Part shown: positions 49,302-58,854 of the stretch, piece by piece
Numbering within the stretch: position 1 is the first letter of the stretch
How the letters are laid out: each line of letters starts with the position of its first letter
Source: an uncultured delta proteobacterium
Lineage (GTDB): Bacteria > Desulfobacterota > Binatia > DP-6
Direction of reading: 5' to 3'
DNA: 64,000 nucleotides
Assembly: GCA_963815115.1 (NCBI GenBank)
Contig: CAWFFN010000012.1
Span: forward strand, 416,001-480,000
Notes under the pieces: generated by a model
The model's database searches: none
What the model saw: the letters and a program-made list of their open reading frames with translations, nothing else
Told to the model about the DNA's origin: nothing
Program-made: the position numbers and the translations under genes

Positions 49302-49500
49302 ACTCCTGCGGGCTCTGGCCCCCGTCCTTCGGCGGTTCGGTGACCGCTGGTATCTGTTCGGTGCGCAGGCCGCGATTGTGTGGGGACGCCCGCGGCTCAC
49401 CGGCGACGTCGACGTCACGCTGTTCCTCGATCCCGAGATGGCGGATCTCGTGCCCCTCTTCGACGCCCAGATCGCGAGCCTGCCGCGCCGTCGGTCCTGA
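49276..49500 (+). pseudogene. Truncated pol-beta-type nucleotidyltransferase
   Basis: WYLFGAQAAIVWGRPRLTGDVDVT (G..A..R.T.DVD motif) but only 74 aa long. Confidence 0.65.
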
Positions 49501-49678
49501 CAAGCGACGCCCGGCTCCGCCGAGGCTGATCGCAGTTTGCAGCGGGCCTTTGCGCACGGGTGACGCGACGTCCACGCGCCGAGAGGGGGCGGCGTAGGGA
49601 CGCTGGGCGCACATGCCGGTCGTCCTGCACGGCGATGCGCTCAGGTGAGCGCGCTGAGGTGCCGCGGTCCTCGGAAGT

Positions 49679-51112
49679 TCAGGTGCCCCCGCGATCGACG
49701 GGCGGGTTGCTCGCCCGTCGCAGCTCCTCGATCGCCTCGAGCTGCGCCGCGAACGGTGCCCAGTCGTCTCGTTCCGCGATCGCCGCCCACACCGCTTCGA
49801 CGTCGCCGATGAGCAGGGTGCACGGCGCCGCACGCTGCCAGTAGGGCAGCGCGAGGTGCGCGGGGTGTCGCGGCGTGTATTGCTCGAGGCGCCGGCGGAA
49901 CGTGCCGAACGCATGGCCCACATAGAGCGACGCCGCCGGGCTTTCCCGCGCGCGCGCTTCGCCGGCGACGCCGCCGTACCAGTCGAAGAAGAAGCGATCG
50001 AAGCCCGCGCGGCCGTCGCGGAGGAACTCCAGCGCCGCGACCACGAGACCCTCGTCCTCGTCGGGACCGATGGGACACAGGCCGAGGCGCGACAGGATCG
50101 CGCCGTGCAGGGCCCCGGTGAACGCCGCGTCGTACGTGGCGAGCGCCGACGCCAGCGTGCCGCCCGGGCTGAGGGGGGCCAGGGCATCGGCCAGCCGTGC
50201 GAGGTTCCAGTGCACGGTCGCCGGCTGGCGGCCGAAGGCGTAGAGGCCGCTCGGGTCGAAATAGGCGGCGACGAAGTCGGGGTCGAGGACGGGCAGGAAG
50301 CGATACGGGCCGTAGTCGAAGCTCTCGCCCGTGACGTTCATGTTGTCGGTGTTGAGCACGCCGTGCACGAAGCCGGCGGCCATCCACGCTGCGCACAGGC
50401 GCGCGCTCCGGACCGTCACCGCACGCAGGAATCCCGCCACCAGATCGGCGGCGCCGGCCGCCTCCGGCACGTAGTGCTCGACGGAGAACTCGACGAGGCG
50501 CCGCAGGCCGGCGACGTCGTCGTGGTAGCGCAGGCGCTGGAAGGTGCCGAAGCGGACGTGGGAGTGACCGAGACGCACCAGCACGGACGAGCGCGTGGGC
50601 GACGGCTCGTCGCCGCGCTCGAGCCGCTCGCCGGTCTCGAACAGGCTGAACGACTTCGACGTCGGGACGCCGAGCGCCTCCAGCATCGCCGTCGCCAGCA
50701 CCTCGCGGACGCCTCCCTTGAGGGTGAGCCGGCCATCGCCTCCGCGCGACCACGGCGTCTGGCCGCTTCCCTTGGTGGCCAGGTCGAGGAGCCGGTGATC
50801 CTCCACGTCGCGCAGCTGCGCGAACAGGAACCCGCGGCCATCGCCGAGCGCGGCGTTGTACACGTGGAACTGATGGCCGTGATACCGCAGCGCGAGCGGC
50901 TGCGTCAGGTTGTCGGGCAGCGGGACGAAGCGGGCGAAGTGGTCCTCCCACTCGGCTGGAGTGAGCTCGCCCAGGCCGACGCGATCCGCCCAGCGCTGGT
51001 TCCGATGGCGCAGGGTATGCTGCGGGAAGCGAGCGGGGATGACGGGATCGAAGAAGGCGTCGCCGAGCGCAGGATGGACGGGATCCGGCCGGTAGCGTGC
51101 CGCGACGGGCAT
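49679..51112 (-). CDS. selO: SelO/YdiU protein adenylyltransferase
   Basis: YHGHQF, LGDGRG, KGSGQTPWSRGGDGR, GFVHGVLNTDN, DYGPY. Confidence 0.93.
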   Translation of the reverse strand: MPVAARYRPDPVHPALGDAFFDPVIPARFPQHTLRHRNQRWADRVGLGELTPAEWEDHFARFVPLPDNLTQPLALRYHGHQFHVYNAALGDGRGFLFAQLRDVEDHRLLDLATKGSGQTPWSRGGDGRLTLKGGVREVLATAMLEALGVPTSKSFSLFETGERLERGDEPSPTRSSVLVRLGHSHVRFGTFQRLRYHDDVAGLRRLVEFSVEHYVPEAAGAADLVAGFLRAVTVRSARLCAAWMAAGFVHGVLNTDNMNVTGESFDYGPYRFLPVLDPDFVAAYFDPSGLYAFGRQPATVHWNLARLADALAPLSPGGTLASALATYDAAFTGALHGAILSRLGLCPIGPDEDEGLVVAALEFLRDGRAGFDRFFFDWYGGVAGEARARESPAASLYVGHAFGTFRRRLEQYTPRHPAHLALPYWQRAAPCTLLIGDVEAVWAAIAERDDWAPFAAQLEAIEELRRASNPPVDRGGT

Positions 51113-51723
51113 CAGAGCGACCGGCTGGCGATGACGATCCACAGCGGGTCCGCGTCGTGCGGCGAGCGGTCGAGCACGCGCGGCTCGTCGTAGCCGCCTG
51201 CGAGCTCGAGGTAGCGGCAGATGAGCGCCAGGCGCCCGCCGGGCTCGAGCGAGTGCCAGGCGGCGATGGCCTTGGTGGGAAACATGCGATGCGACGTGGC
51301 GACGACGTGGAGGCCGCCCGGCCGGAGCACACGGCGAACCTCGCTGAACACCTCGACCGGCCGGACGAGATACTGGATCGACACCGCGTTCACGACGGCG
51401 TCGAACACGCCGTCGTCCCAAGGCAGCGTCGGTGTCACATTGAGATCGCGGACGACGCGCTCGTCGAGTCGGGGGTTGCGCGCCAGCTCCTCGGCGTTCA
51501 TGCCGAGCCCCGCGACCGACGCGTACGGGACGTCGGCCGGCAGGTGGGACACCCACGACGACATCAGATCGAGAACGCGCGCGCCGGCAGGGATGCGCTC
51601 GCGATAGAGCGCCGTCAGGGCGGCGATCGTGGCATCGTCGATGTGGGTGACGAGGCGGGGGACGGCATAGAAGTCCGCGTCGGGCGATTCGTCGAGACGT
51701 CGAAAGAGCTCGGGAGGCAGCAT
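51112..51723 (-). CDS. Class I SAM-dependent methyltransferase
   Basis: FYAVPRLVTHID, VLDLMSSWVSH, GLGMN, RVLRPGG; TGATG overlap with selO. Confidence 0.88.
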   Translation of the reverse strand: MLPPELFRRLDESPDADFYAVPRLVTHIDDATIAALTALYRERIPAGARVLDLMSSWVSHLPADVPYASVAGLGMNAEELARNPRLDERVVRDLNVTPTLPWDDGVFDAVVNAVSIQYLVRPVEVFSEVRRVLRPGGLHVVATSHRMFPTKAIAAWHSLEPGGRLALICRYLELAGGYDEPRVLDRSPHDADPLWIVIASRSL

Positions 51724-51811
51724 CGGTTCTCTGCCATACCGCCGCCGCCGCCCGGAGGCGACCGCGGACGAGGACCTTGCGTCGGGTCGTGCGCGGCGTA
51801 CGGTGCCCGCC

Positions 51812-52321
51812 ATGGACGCCTACACGACGATCACGCAGTTCGCCAAGATGCTCGAGAACCTCGATCGCTGGCTCGCGGCGGGTGTCTCCTTCGCGGAGAG
51901 CAAGAAGTTCGACGCCGACGTGCTCGCGCGATCGCGGCTGGCGCCGGATCAGTACGAGCTCGTACGCCAGGTGCAAGCGGCCTGCGATCAGGCGAAGTAC
52001 GCCGCAGCGTACCTGTCCGGCCAGAAGGCGCCGTCACATCCGGACGGCGAGCAGACGGTCGCCGACCTGCGCGCGCGCATCAAGACGTGCCTCGAATACG
52101 TCCGGAGCGTGAAGGCTCCGGCGTACGCCGAAGCCTCGGCGCGGCGAGTCGCCCCGCCGTGGCTCAACGGAAAGTGGATCCGTGGCGATGCCTACCTGGC
52201 CGAGATGGCGGTGCCGAACTTCTACTTCCACGTGACGATGGCGTACGCGATCCTGCGTCACAACGGCGTCGGGCTCGGCAAGATGGACTTCATCGGCTCG
52301 CTCCCCATCAACGACGCCTGA
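51812..52321 (+). CDS. DUF1993 family protein (DinB-like)
   Basis: RLAPDQ..L.RQVQ.ACD.AK, PNFYFHVTMAYAILRHNGV.LGK.DF. Confidence 0.9.
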   Translation: MDAYTTITQFAKMLENLDRWLAAGVSFAESKKFDADVLARSRLAPDQYELVRQVQAACDQAKYAAAYLSGQKAPSHPDGEQTVADLRARIKTCLEYVRSVKAPAYAEASARRVAPPWLNGKWIRGDAYLAEMAVPNFYFHVTMAYAILRHNGVGLGKMDFIGSLPINDA

Positions 52322-52393
52322 TCGCGGCCGGCAGTTGCTGGTCGAGGATCGGCGCTGCGTTCCCGTGGCCTCGCGCAGGGCCCGATCGTGCGA

Positions 52394-53470
52394 TCAGGCG
52401 ATGACGCTTCGAATGACCTCGCCGGCTTCCATCGCACGGAAGGCGTCGTTCACGTCCTCGAGCTTGATCGTCTTCGATACCATCGACGAGATGTCGAGGC
52501 GGTCGGTCTCGATCAGCTCGACGAACCGGGGAAAGTCTCGCCGCACCTGCGCCGAGCCGTACTTGCTGCCCTTCACCGTCTTCTGCTCGTAGAAGATGCC
52601 GAAGGCCGGTAGCGTGAACTGCGCGTCGAAGCGTGCCATGCCGACGATGATCACGTCGCCACCGCGGCGGGCGAGGTTGTACGTCGTGACGATGGTCTCG
52701 GGGAGGCCGATCACCTCGAACGCATAGTCGACGCCACGGCCTCCCGTGAGCGCCTTCACCTGCTCGACGGGATCGCCGACCGACGGATCGATCACGTCGG
52801 TGGCGCCGAGCTGCGTCGCGATCTTGCGCTTCAGCGGCTGCGGGTCGATCGCGATGATGCGCCCGGCCCCGGCGATGCGCGAGCCTTGAATGACGGCCTG
52901 GCCGACGCCGCCGCAGCCGAGAACGGCGACGGTCGCGCCCGGACGGACGCGCGCCGTGTTCAGGGCCGCCCCGACACCGGTGGTGACCCCGCAGCCGATG
53001 AGCGCCAGCTGCGCGTCGGGCACGTCGGTCTCGACCCTCACCACGGACGCCTCGTCGACCGTCATGACGTTGGAGAAGGTCCCGAGCCCCGTCATGCAGA
53101 AGTACGCGCCGCCGTCGGGGCGACTCCCGCGCATCTGCATCGCGATCTCGTTCTCACGGTCGCAGAGCTCGCTCTGCTCGCGGAGGCAGTGCCAGCAGGT
53201 GCCGCACGCGGGCACGAACGACGCGACGACGCGGTCTCCCTTCCTGACGCGGGACACCTCGGCGCCCACCTCGGCGACGCGCCCGGCGCCCTCGTGACCG
53301 AGCACCATGCCGGGCGGCACGGGCACGTAGCCGCGCATGATCGACAGGTCGGAATGACAGACGCCGCTCGCCCCGATCTCGACCACGACGTCGCGCGGCC
53401 CGGGGGGGTTGGGCTTCAGCTCCTCGATCGCGAGGCTCTTGGGATCTCCGACGTAGACGGCAGCCTTCAT
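52394..53470 (-). CDS. Zn-dependent alcohol/aldehyde dehydrogenase, class III-like
   Basis: GVCHSD, GHEGAG, CGTCWHC..C, GCGVTTGVGA, GCGGVG. Confidence 0.92.
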   Translation of the reverse strand: MKAAVYVGDPKSLAIEELKPNPPGPRDVVVEIGASGVCHSDLSIMRGYVPVPPGMVLGHEGAGRVAEVGAEVSRVRKGDRVVASFVPACGTCWHCLREQSELCDRENEIAMQMRGSRPDGGAYFCMTGLGTFSNVMTVDEASVVRVETDVPDAQLALIGCGVTTGVGAALNTARVRPGATVAVLGCGGVGQAVIQGSRIAGAGRIIAIDPQPLKRKIATQLGATDVIDPSVGDPVEQVKALTGGRGVDYAFEVIGLPETIVTTYNLARRGGDVIIVGMARFDAQFTLPAFGIFYEQKTVKGSKYGSAQVRRDFPRFVELIETDRLDISSMVSKTIKLEDVNDAFRAMEAGEVIRSVIA

Positions 53471-53762
53471 GCGTTCCCTCCAAAGCACTGGACGTGCGGT
53501 CGCACCGTAGACCGTCTCGCGGCGTTCGACCAGTGCCGCCCGGCCGGGCGGACCGGCCTCCGCGGGGCCGACGGGCTCCGGGCCGCGAACGCGCCTGGGG
53601 GGGATCGGGCGCCGGCATGGTGGCGCACGCGAGGCTCGCCGGCACGAGGCAAGCGAACGCGCGCCGCGTGCTCGGAGGTCGCAGGCATCGTCGCTGGACT
53701 CCCGGGAACGCGCGCGGCATAGCACGCCGCGCGAGGCGAACGTCAGACGAAGGGGAACGCGC

Positions 53763-55145
53763 GTGGGTGACGACGACTGGAAGCGCTATCCATACGTGCC
53801 CGAGTGGGGCGATCCCTCGTGGTTCACCTTGCCGGACGCCGACGGCCATCGAGCCGATCTCGGCGTCGCGACGTACTTCATCGACGGCTTCCTCCGCGGC
53901 CGGTCCAGCGGGCGATCGTTCGCGTTCATCGTCATCTTCACGGACATGCGCGTGCTGCGGAAGCTCGTGCGCGCGAGCTTCTACACCCTCGCGCTCTACG
54001 ATCTCGATCGCCGCCACTACGGGACGTACACCGAGTACGACTTTCCCCGGCCGCCGCGCATCCGGCGTCGCTACAAGGTGCACGCCGTCCCGGGTCACCT
54101 CGCGCTGCGCTTCGATGCTTCGGCGGGAACCGCCCGCTGGGAGCAGCGTCGCGACGCGCGGGGCGATCTCGTGCCCTTCGCGTGGGACGTCGCGCTGCCC
54201 GGCATCGATCACCACGGCGAGCGGATGTCGCTCGAGCTGGCCATCGACGCGGGGCGACCGCCCGCCCCGCTGGGTGGCCGCCTGCTCGGCGGCGAGATGA
54301 TGTTCCTCGGCGCGCCGCGCACGTTCTCGTACTTCCAGAGCGGTCTCACCATGCGCGGCCGTCTGGCGTGGGGCGCGCACGCGGAGGACGTCGAGGGCCA
54401 GGTGGGGTGGATCGATCGCCAGTGGGCTCCGGACGACTTCACGGCGCACCAGGACTGGCGCTCGACGCGTTACCGCAGCGAGTGGCGGGTCATCCAGCTC
54501 GACGACGGCTGGGACATGAGCTGCTTTCACCAGTACCAGCGTGACGTGCGGAACGCGGTCGTGCCGTGGACCGGTCTCTCGGCGCAGGGGCCCTCCCCCG
54601 GGTTCGAGCTGCGCGCGACCCCGGACGTCCTGCTCACGATCCCCGAGTTCATCCGGAGCCCGGGGATCGTCCGCGCCATGTCGATGCTCACCGAGGGGCC
54701 GCGCTGGTTCCCGCATCGCTACCGCCTGCGCGCGCCGGCGTGGGACCTCGACCTGCAGGCCGAGCCCCTGGTCGACGCCCCCGCCCACGGCCTGCCGATC
54801 GAGTACTGGACCGGGCCCGTCAGGATCAGCGGGACGCATCAGGGGCGAGCGGTCTCCGGCTGGGGATTCGACGAGCGCAGCCGGCCATGGGTGCACGGCC
54901 ACGAGCTGGCGCGCGCCCTCCGGCTGACGGTCGAGCACCTCGACGACGTCGACCCGACGCTCCGGGAGCGCATCTGCTACCGCGCCCGCGAGGTCGAGGG
55001 CCTGGCGCTGCGTGGCGATCCGCGGGCTGCGGCGGACCACGCGCGCCGACACCTCGAACCATGCATCGACGCCGGGACCGCACGGGCACGGGCCCTGCTG
55101 GACGACCTGTTGGTCGCGTTGTCGGGACGCTTCGTGACCCGCTGA
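53763..55145 (+). CDS. CrtC/AttH-like lipocalin-fold protein
   Basis: FSYFQS, GWIDRQW, YWTGPV.I.G..G.GFDE double-barrel motifs. Confidence 0.6.
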   Translation: MGDDDWKRYPYVPEWGDPSWFTLPDADGHRADLGVATYFIDGFLRGRSSGRSFAFIVIFTDMRVLRKLVRASFYTLALYDLDRRHYGTYTEYDFPRPPRIRRRYKVHAVPGHLALRFDASAGTARWEQRRDARGDLVPFAWDVALPGIDHHGERMSLELAIDAGRPPAPLGGRLLGGEMMFLGAPRTFSYFQSGLTMRGRLAWGAHAEDVEGQVGWIDRQWAPDDFTAHQDWRSTRYRSEWRVIQLDDGWDMSCFHQYQRDVRNAVVPWTGLSAQGPSPGFELRATPDVLLTIPEFIRSPGIVRAMSMLTEGPRWFPHRYRLRAPAWDLDLQAEPLVDAPAHGLPIEYWTGPVRISGTHQGRAVSGWGFDERSRPWVHGHELARALRLTVEHLDDVDPTLRERICYRAREVEGLALRGDPRAAADHARRHLEPCIDAGTARARALLDDLLVALSGRFVTR

Positions 55146-55233
55146 CGCCCTAGTTGCGGCGGCGCCAGCCGCTGAGCCGTCTCGACGAACGGCGCTCCCA
55201 CCCGACCGGCGGTTTGGGCTAGAGTTTCCGTGC

Positions 55234-57417
55234 ATGGCCCTGGTTCTGCCGGACACGGCGGAGGAGTTGCGCAGCGAGCTGAGCGACCTGATCGTGCGCC
55301 GCCTGCGGATCGGTCTCCGCGCATTCTTGGCCGGGGTGGTGCTCTTCGTGGTGGCCGATCACTCGCTGATGACCGTCACGCCACGGTGGGCGGACGGGTT
55401 GAACGCCGTCCTGATTGCGCTGGCGGCGATCTTCCTCGCGCTCTCCCGTCGGCCGGCGTTCCGCGCCCACGCGGTTCCGTTGGCGCTGCTGATCGTCGCG
55501 ATGATCTGCGGGTCGCGCGCGCTTGCCGGCATCTGGACGGGTGATCTCGTTCCCACCGCGATCGTGTGCCTGGTGGTGGCCCTCACCGCCGGCGCGTTCC
55601 TACCGTGGGGGGCGTGGCCGCAGCTGGCTTCGGTCGCCATCGCCGGGCTCGCGATCGCAAGCAATGCCTACCTGATCTCCGGCACGTCCGCCCACGCGAC
55701 TGCTCAGCTCGTCGCCGCCGTGTTCACGGCGTTGATGGTGTCGGCCGTGCTCTCATTCGAGCTGCAGCGCAACCACAGTCGCCTCGTCGAGGAGAACATC
55801 CGGCGCCGTCGTGCCGAAGATGGCCTCGCACGGCTCAATGCCGAGCTCGAGTCGAGGGTGAACGCGCGCACCGCCGAGCTCGCGGCCGCCACGCAGCGTC
55901 TCGAGCGCGAGGCGCTCGAGCGCCAGCTGGCGACGCAGGGACTCCGCGAGAGTCAAAAGCGGCTGCAGGACATCCTCGACAATGCCCCGGCGGCGATCTA
56001 CCTGAAGGACGTCGACGGACGCTACCAGCTCATCAACCGCCACCTGGAGACCGCATTCGGGATCCGGCGCGAAGATGCGGTCGGGAAGACCGGCCATGAC
56101 CTCTTCCCATCCGAGGTGGCCGATACCCTGCGAGCCAACGACCAGAGGGTTCTCGCGGCACGACAGCCGATGCAGATCGAGGAGACGCTGCTGCCGCGCG
56201 GCGAAGCGCGTACATACCTGTCGGTGAAGTTCCCGCTGCTCGACTCGGCTGGTACGCCGGTCGGACTGTGCGGGATCTCCACCGACATCACCGACATCAA
56301 GCAGACGGAGGCCGAGCTGCGACGCTCCGAGGCGGCTCTCTCGGCGCTGGTCGAGAACAACACGGACGCGATCTGGTCGGTCGACCGCAAGGGCGTCGTC
56401 ACGGTCATGAACGCGGTCGCGCAGAGGCGCTTCCGCGACCGCTTCGGTGTCGAGTGCGACCCTCTGAACTACGGGGCGCAGATGGCGGAGCCCATCCGGA
56501 CGATGCTCTTCGAGCTGTTCGAGCGCGCCTTTCAGGGCGAGCACGTGCAAGTCGAAAGCTCGATACCGAGTGAGGGTAGTGATCGGTACTTCCTGCTGTC
56601 GATCCATCCGATCGTCGAAAACGGCGCGGTCACCGGTGCGACGGCGTTCAGCAAGGACATCACCGAGCGCAAGCGCGCCGAGGAGCAGGTGCGGCAGCAC
56701 CAGGCCCACCTCGCGCACGTGTTGCGGCTCAACACCATGGGTGAGATGGCGGCGGGGTTGGCGCACGAGATCAACCAGCCGCTCGGCGCGATCGCCAACT
56801 ACGCGCAAGGCTGCACCCGGCGCCTGCGCGGCGGGTCGGTCGACGGCGCGGAGTTGTTGCCGATCGTCGAGGAGATCGCCCACGAAGCGCTGCGCGCCGG
56901 CGAGATCATTCGCCGGCTGCGCGATCTGGTGCGAAAGGAGGGGCCCCATCAGGCGGCGGTGGATCTGAACGCCCTGATCCGCGAGTCGACCCGAATCATC
57001 GGGTCCGAGGCGCTGCAAAACGGTATCCGCGTGGAGCTCGCGCTGGCGCCCGACCTGCCGCCCGTGACCTGTGACAGCATCCAGATCGAACAGGTCCTGC
57101 TCAATCTCCTGCTCAACGGCGTCGAGGCCGTGCAGACCGCGGGCAACGGAGAGCGCTCGCTGACCATCACCACCGCGGCGGCGGGCGCGGCGGGCATCGA
57201 GGTGGCAATCCGCGACAGCGGCGGCGGGGTTCCCGACCCGCCCGCGGACGTCTTCAAGCCCTTCTTCAGCACCAAGCCGAATGGCCTCGGCATGGGCCTC
57301 TCGATCAGCCGGTCGATCATCGAAGCCCACGGCGGTCGCCTGTGGGCGACGCGCAACGCCGACCACGGCAGCACCTTCCGCTTCACCCTGCCGCTGGAGC
57401 GCGCTCCGGCGGCGTGA
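55234..57417 (+). CDS. Membrane-bound sensor histidine kinase with two PAS domains
   Basis: About 5-6 TMs, PAS-PAC ending STDITD and KDITERK, H-box AHEINQPL, N/G boxes, GMGLSIS. Confidence 0.93.
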   Translation: MALVLPDTAEELRSELSDLIVRRLRIGLRAFLAGVVLFVVADHSLMTVTPRWADGLNAVLIALAAIFLALSRRPAFRAHAVPLALLIVAMICGSRALAGIWTGDLVPTAIVCLVVALTAGAFLPWGAWPQLASVAIAGLAIASNAYLISGTSAHATAQLVAAVFTALMVSAVLSFELQRNHSRLVEENIRRRRAEDGLARLNAELESRVNARTAELAAATQRLEREALERQLATQGLRESQKRLQDILDNAPAAIYLKDVDGRYQLINRHLETAFGIRREDAVGKTGHDLFPSEVADTLRANDQRVLAARQPMQIEETLLPRGEARTYLSVKFPLLDSAGTPVGLCGISTDITDIKQTEAELRRSEAALSALVENNTDAIWSVDRKGVVTVMNAVAQRRFRDRFGVECDPLNYGAQMAEPIRTMLFELFERAFQGEHVQVESSIPSEGSDRYFLLSIHPIVENGAVTGATAFSKDITERKRAEEQVRQHQAHLAHVLRLNTMGEMAAGLAHEINQPLGAIANYAQGCTRRLRGGSVDGAELLPIVEEIAHEALRAGEIIRRLRDLVRKEGPHQAAVDLNALIRESTRIIGSEALQNGIRVELALAPDLPPVTCDSIQIEQVLLNLLLNGVEAVQTAGNGERSLTITTAAAGAAGIEVAIRDSGGGVPDPPADVFKPFFSTKPNGLGMGLSISRSIIEAHGGRLWATRNADHGSTFRFTLPLERAPAA

Positions 57418-57495
57418 CCGCCGTCGGCTCGGGTCCCGCCTGCTCCGGGACGCATTCAGGCGCGCGTCGACGACCCGCCGGATCGGGGCCGCGCG

Positions 57496-58788
57496 TCACC
57501 CGGCCGCACGGTGGACCGCGCGGCTGTCGGCCTTCGCGTCCGACACGGACTCCTCGCCCATGCAGAGCTGCCCGATCGCGATCGCGACCAGACCCGCGGC
57601 CGAGACCGCGAGGTTGCCGCTGCTCTCCGCGATCAACATGGCCGTACCGACCGGAAGGCGGTAGCCCGCGCCGAGGAAGCACGCGGCGCCGAGAAGCGGG
57701 TACACGCTCGTCCCGTCGTGGACGAGCGCGGCCACGAGCTGGCCGATGAACGCGCCACAGGTCGCGAGCGCCGTGAACACCCCGCCCCCGCCTCCGCCGT
57801 ATACGCACGTGAGCGTGGCGGCGGCCCGCACGGCGAGCACGACGGCCGTGAGCCACACGGGACGGGAGGCCGCGAACAGCCAGTCGACGGCCACGTAGCC
57901 CGGGCCGAAGGTGACCCATTCGCCCGCCAGCGCGTGTCCGGCCCACGTCAGGCCGGCCAGCACGGCGCCGGCGACCGCGGCGCGCTCGAGCCGGCTCCGG
58001 CCCCGCGCACGGCGCTGCAGTCCCATGTCCACGTGGGCGAACAGTCGAGCCCCGATGCCGCAGGCCAGCGCGACCAGCCCGACCGCGGCGACGAACGTGA
58101 CGTCCACGGTCGGCGGCGCCCCGCCGAGCGCCACGAGGTGACGCGCGCCGATCAGGCTCCGGCGCGTGACGTAGGACGCGGCCGCCGCCACCGCGCAGGG
58201 GATGAACGGTCGCGCGTCGAGGTCCCGCCGGAACGGCACCTCCATGCCGTAGAACGTCCCGAGCGCTGGCGACGAGAACACCGCCGCGATCCCCGCGCTG
58301 GCGCCGGCGACCATCAGGGAGCGCGAGTCGGCGGGCTCGAGCCGCCACCAGCGAGCGTGTCCCAGGACGTCGCCCATCCCGGCACCCATGAGCGCCGAGG
58401 GCGACTCGAGCCCCTGGGCGCCGCCGAACCCGACCGTGGTCGCGGCCGCCAGCACGCGCCCCGGCAGCTGTCGCAGCGGGATGCGGCCCTCCGGATCCCG
58501 GTAGGTCTCGATGTAGAGCTCGGCCGTCGACGGTCGGGCCACCCGCGTGACCCGGACGGCGACCGCGAGCGTGGCCAGCAACGCGAGCGGTGCGAGCGCC
58601 ACCGGCACGAGGCCGGGAAGCGCGGCCAGCCGTCCGAGCGCCTCGCCTTCCACGACGGCGGTCGCGAGGGCCACGCACGCCCCCGTCAGCACGCCGAGCA
58701 GCCCGGGCGCGAGCAGCAGGAGGGCGACCCTCCGCCCGATCTGCGCGCGCGGCGCCGGTGACCGAGAGATCTCCACCGCGCGACGCAC
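57496..58788 (-). CDS. CLC chloride channel family protein, no CBS domains
   Basis: GLESP (GREGP-like), AGASAGIAAVFSSP, GGVF; many TMs. Confidence 0.82.
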   Translation of the reverse strand: MRRAVEISRSPAPRAQIGRRVALLLLAPGLLGVLTGACVALATAVVEGEALGRLAALPGLVPVALAPLALLATLAVAVRVTRVARPSTAELYIETYRDPEGRIPLRQLPGRVLAAATTVGFGGAQGLESPSALMGAGMGDVLGHARWWRLEPADSRSLMVAGASAGIAAVFSSPALGTFYGMEVPFRRDLDARPFIPCAVAAAASYVTRRSLIGARHLVALGGAPPTVDVTFVAAVGLVALACGIGARLFAHVDMGLQRRARGRSRLERAAVAGAVLAGLTWAGHALAGEWVTFGPGYVAVDWLFAASRPVWLTAVVLAVRAAATLTCVYGGGGGGVFTALATCGAFIGQLVAALVHDGTSVYPLLGAACFLGAGYRLPVGTAMLIAESSGNLAVSAAGLVAIAIGQLCMGEESVSDAKADSRAVHRAAG

Positions 58789-58854
58789 TAGAAGAGGAGT
58801 TCGCGCGCACGGTCAACCGGGCACTCCGGTCGCGCACGACCTGGCCCCTGCCGG

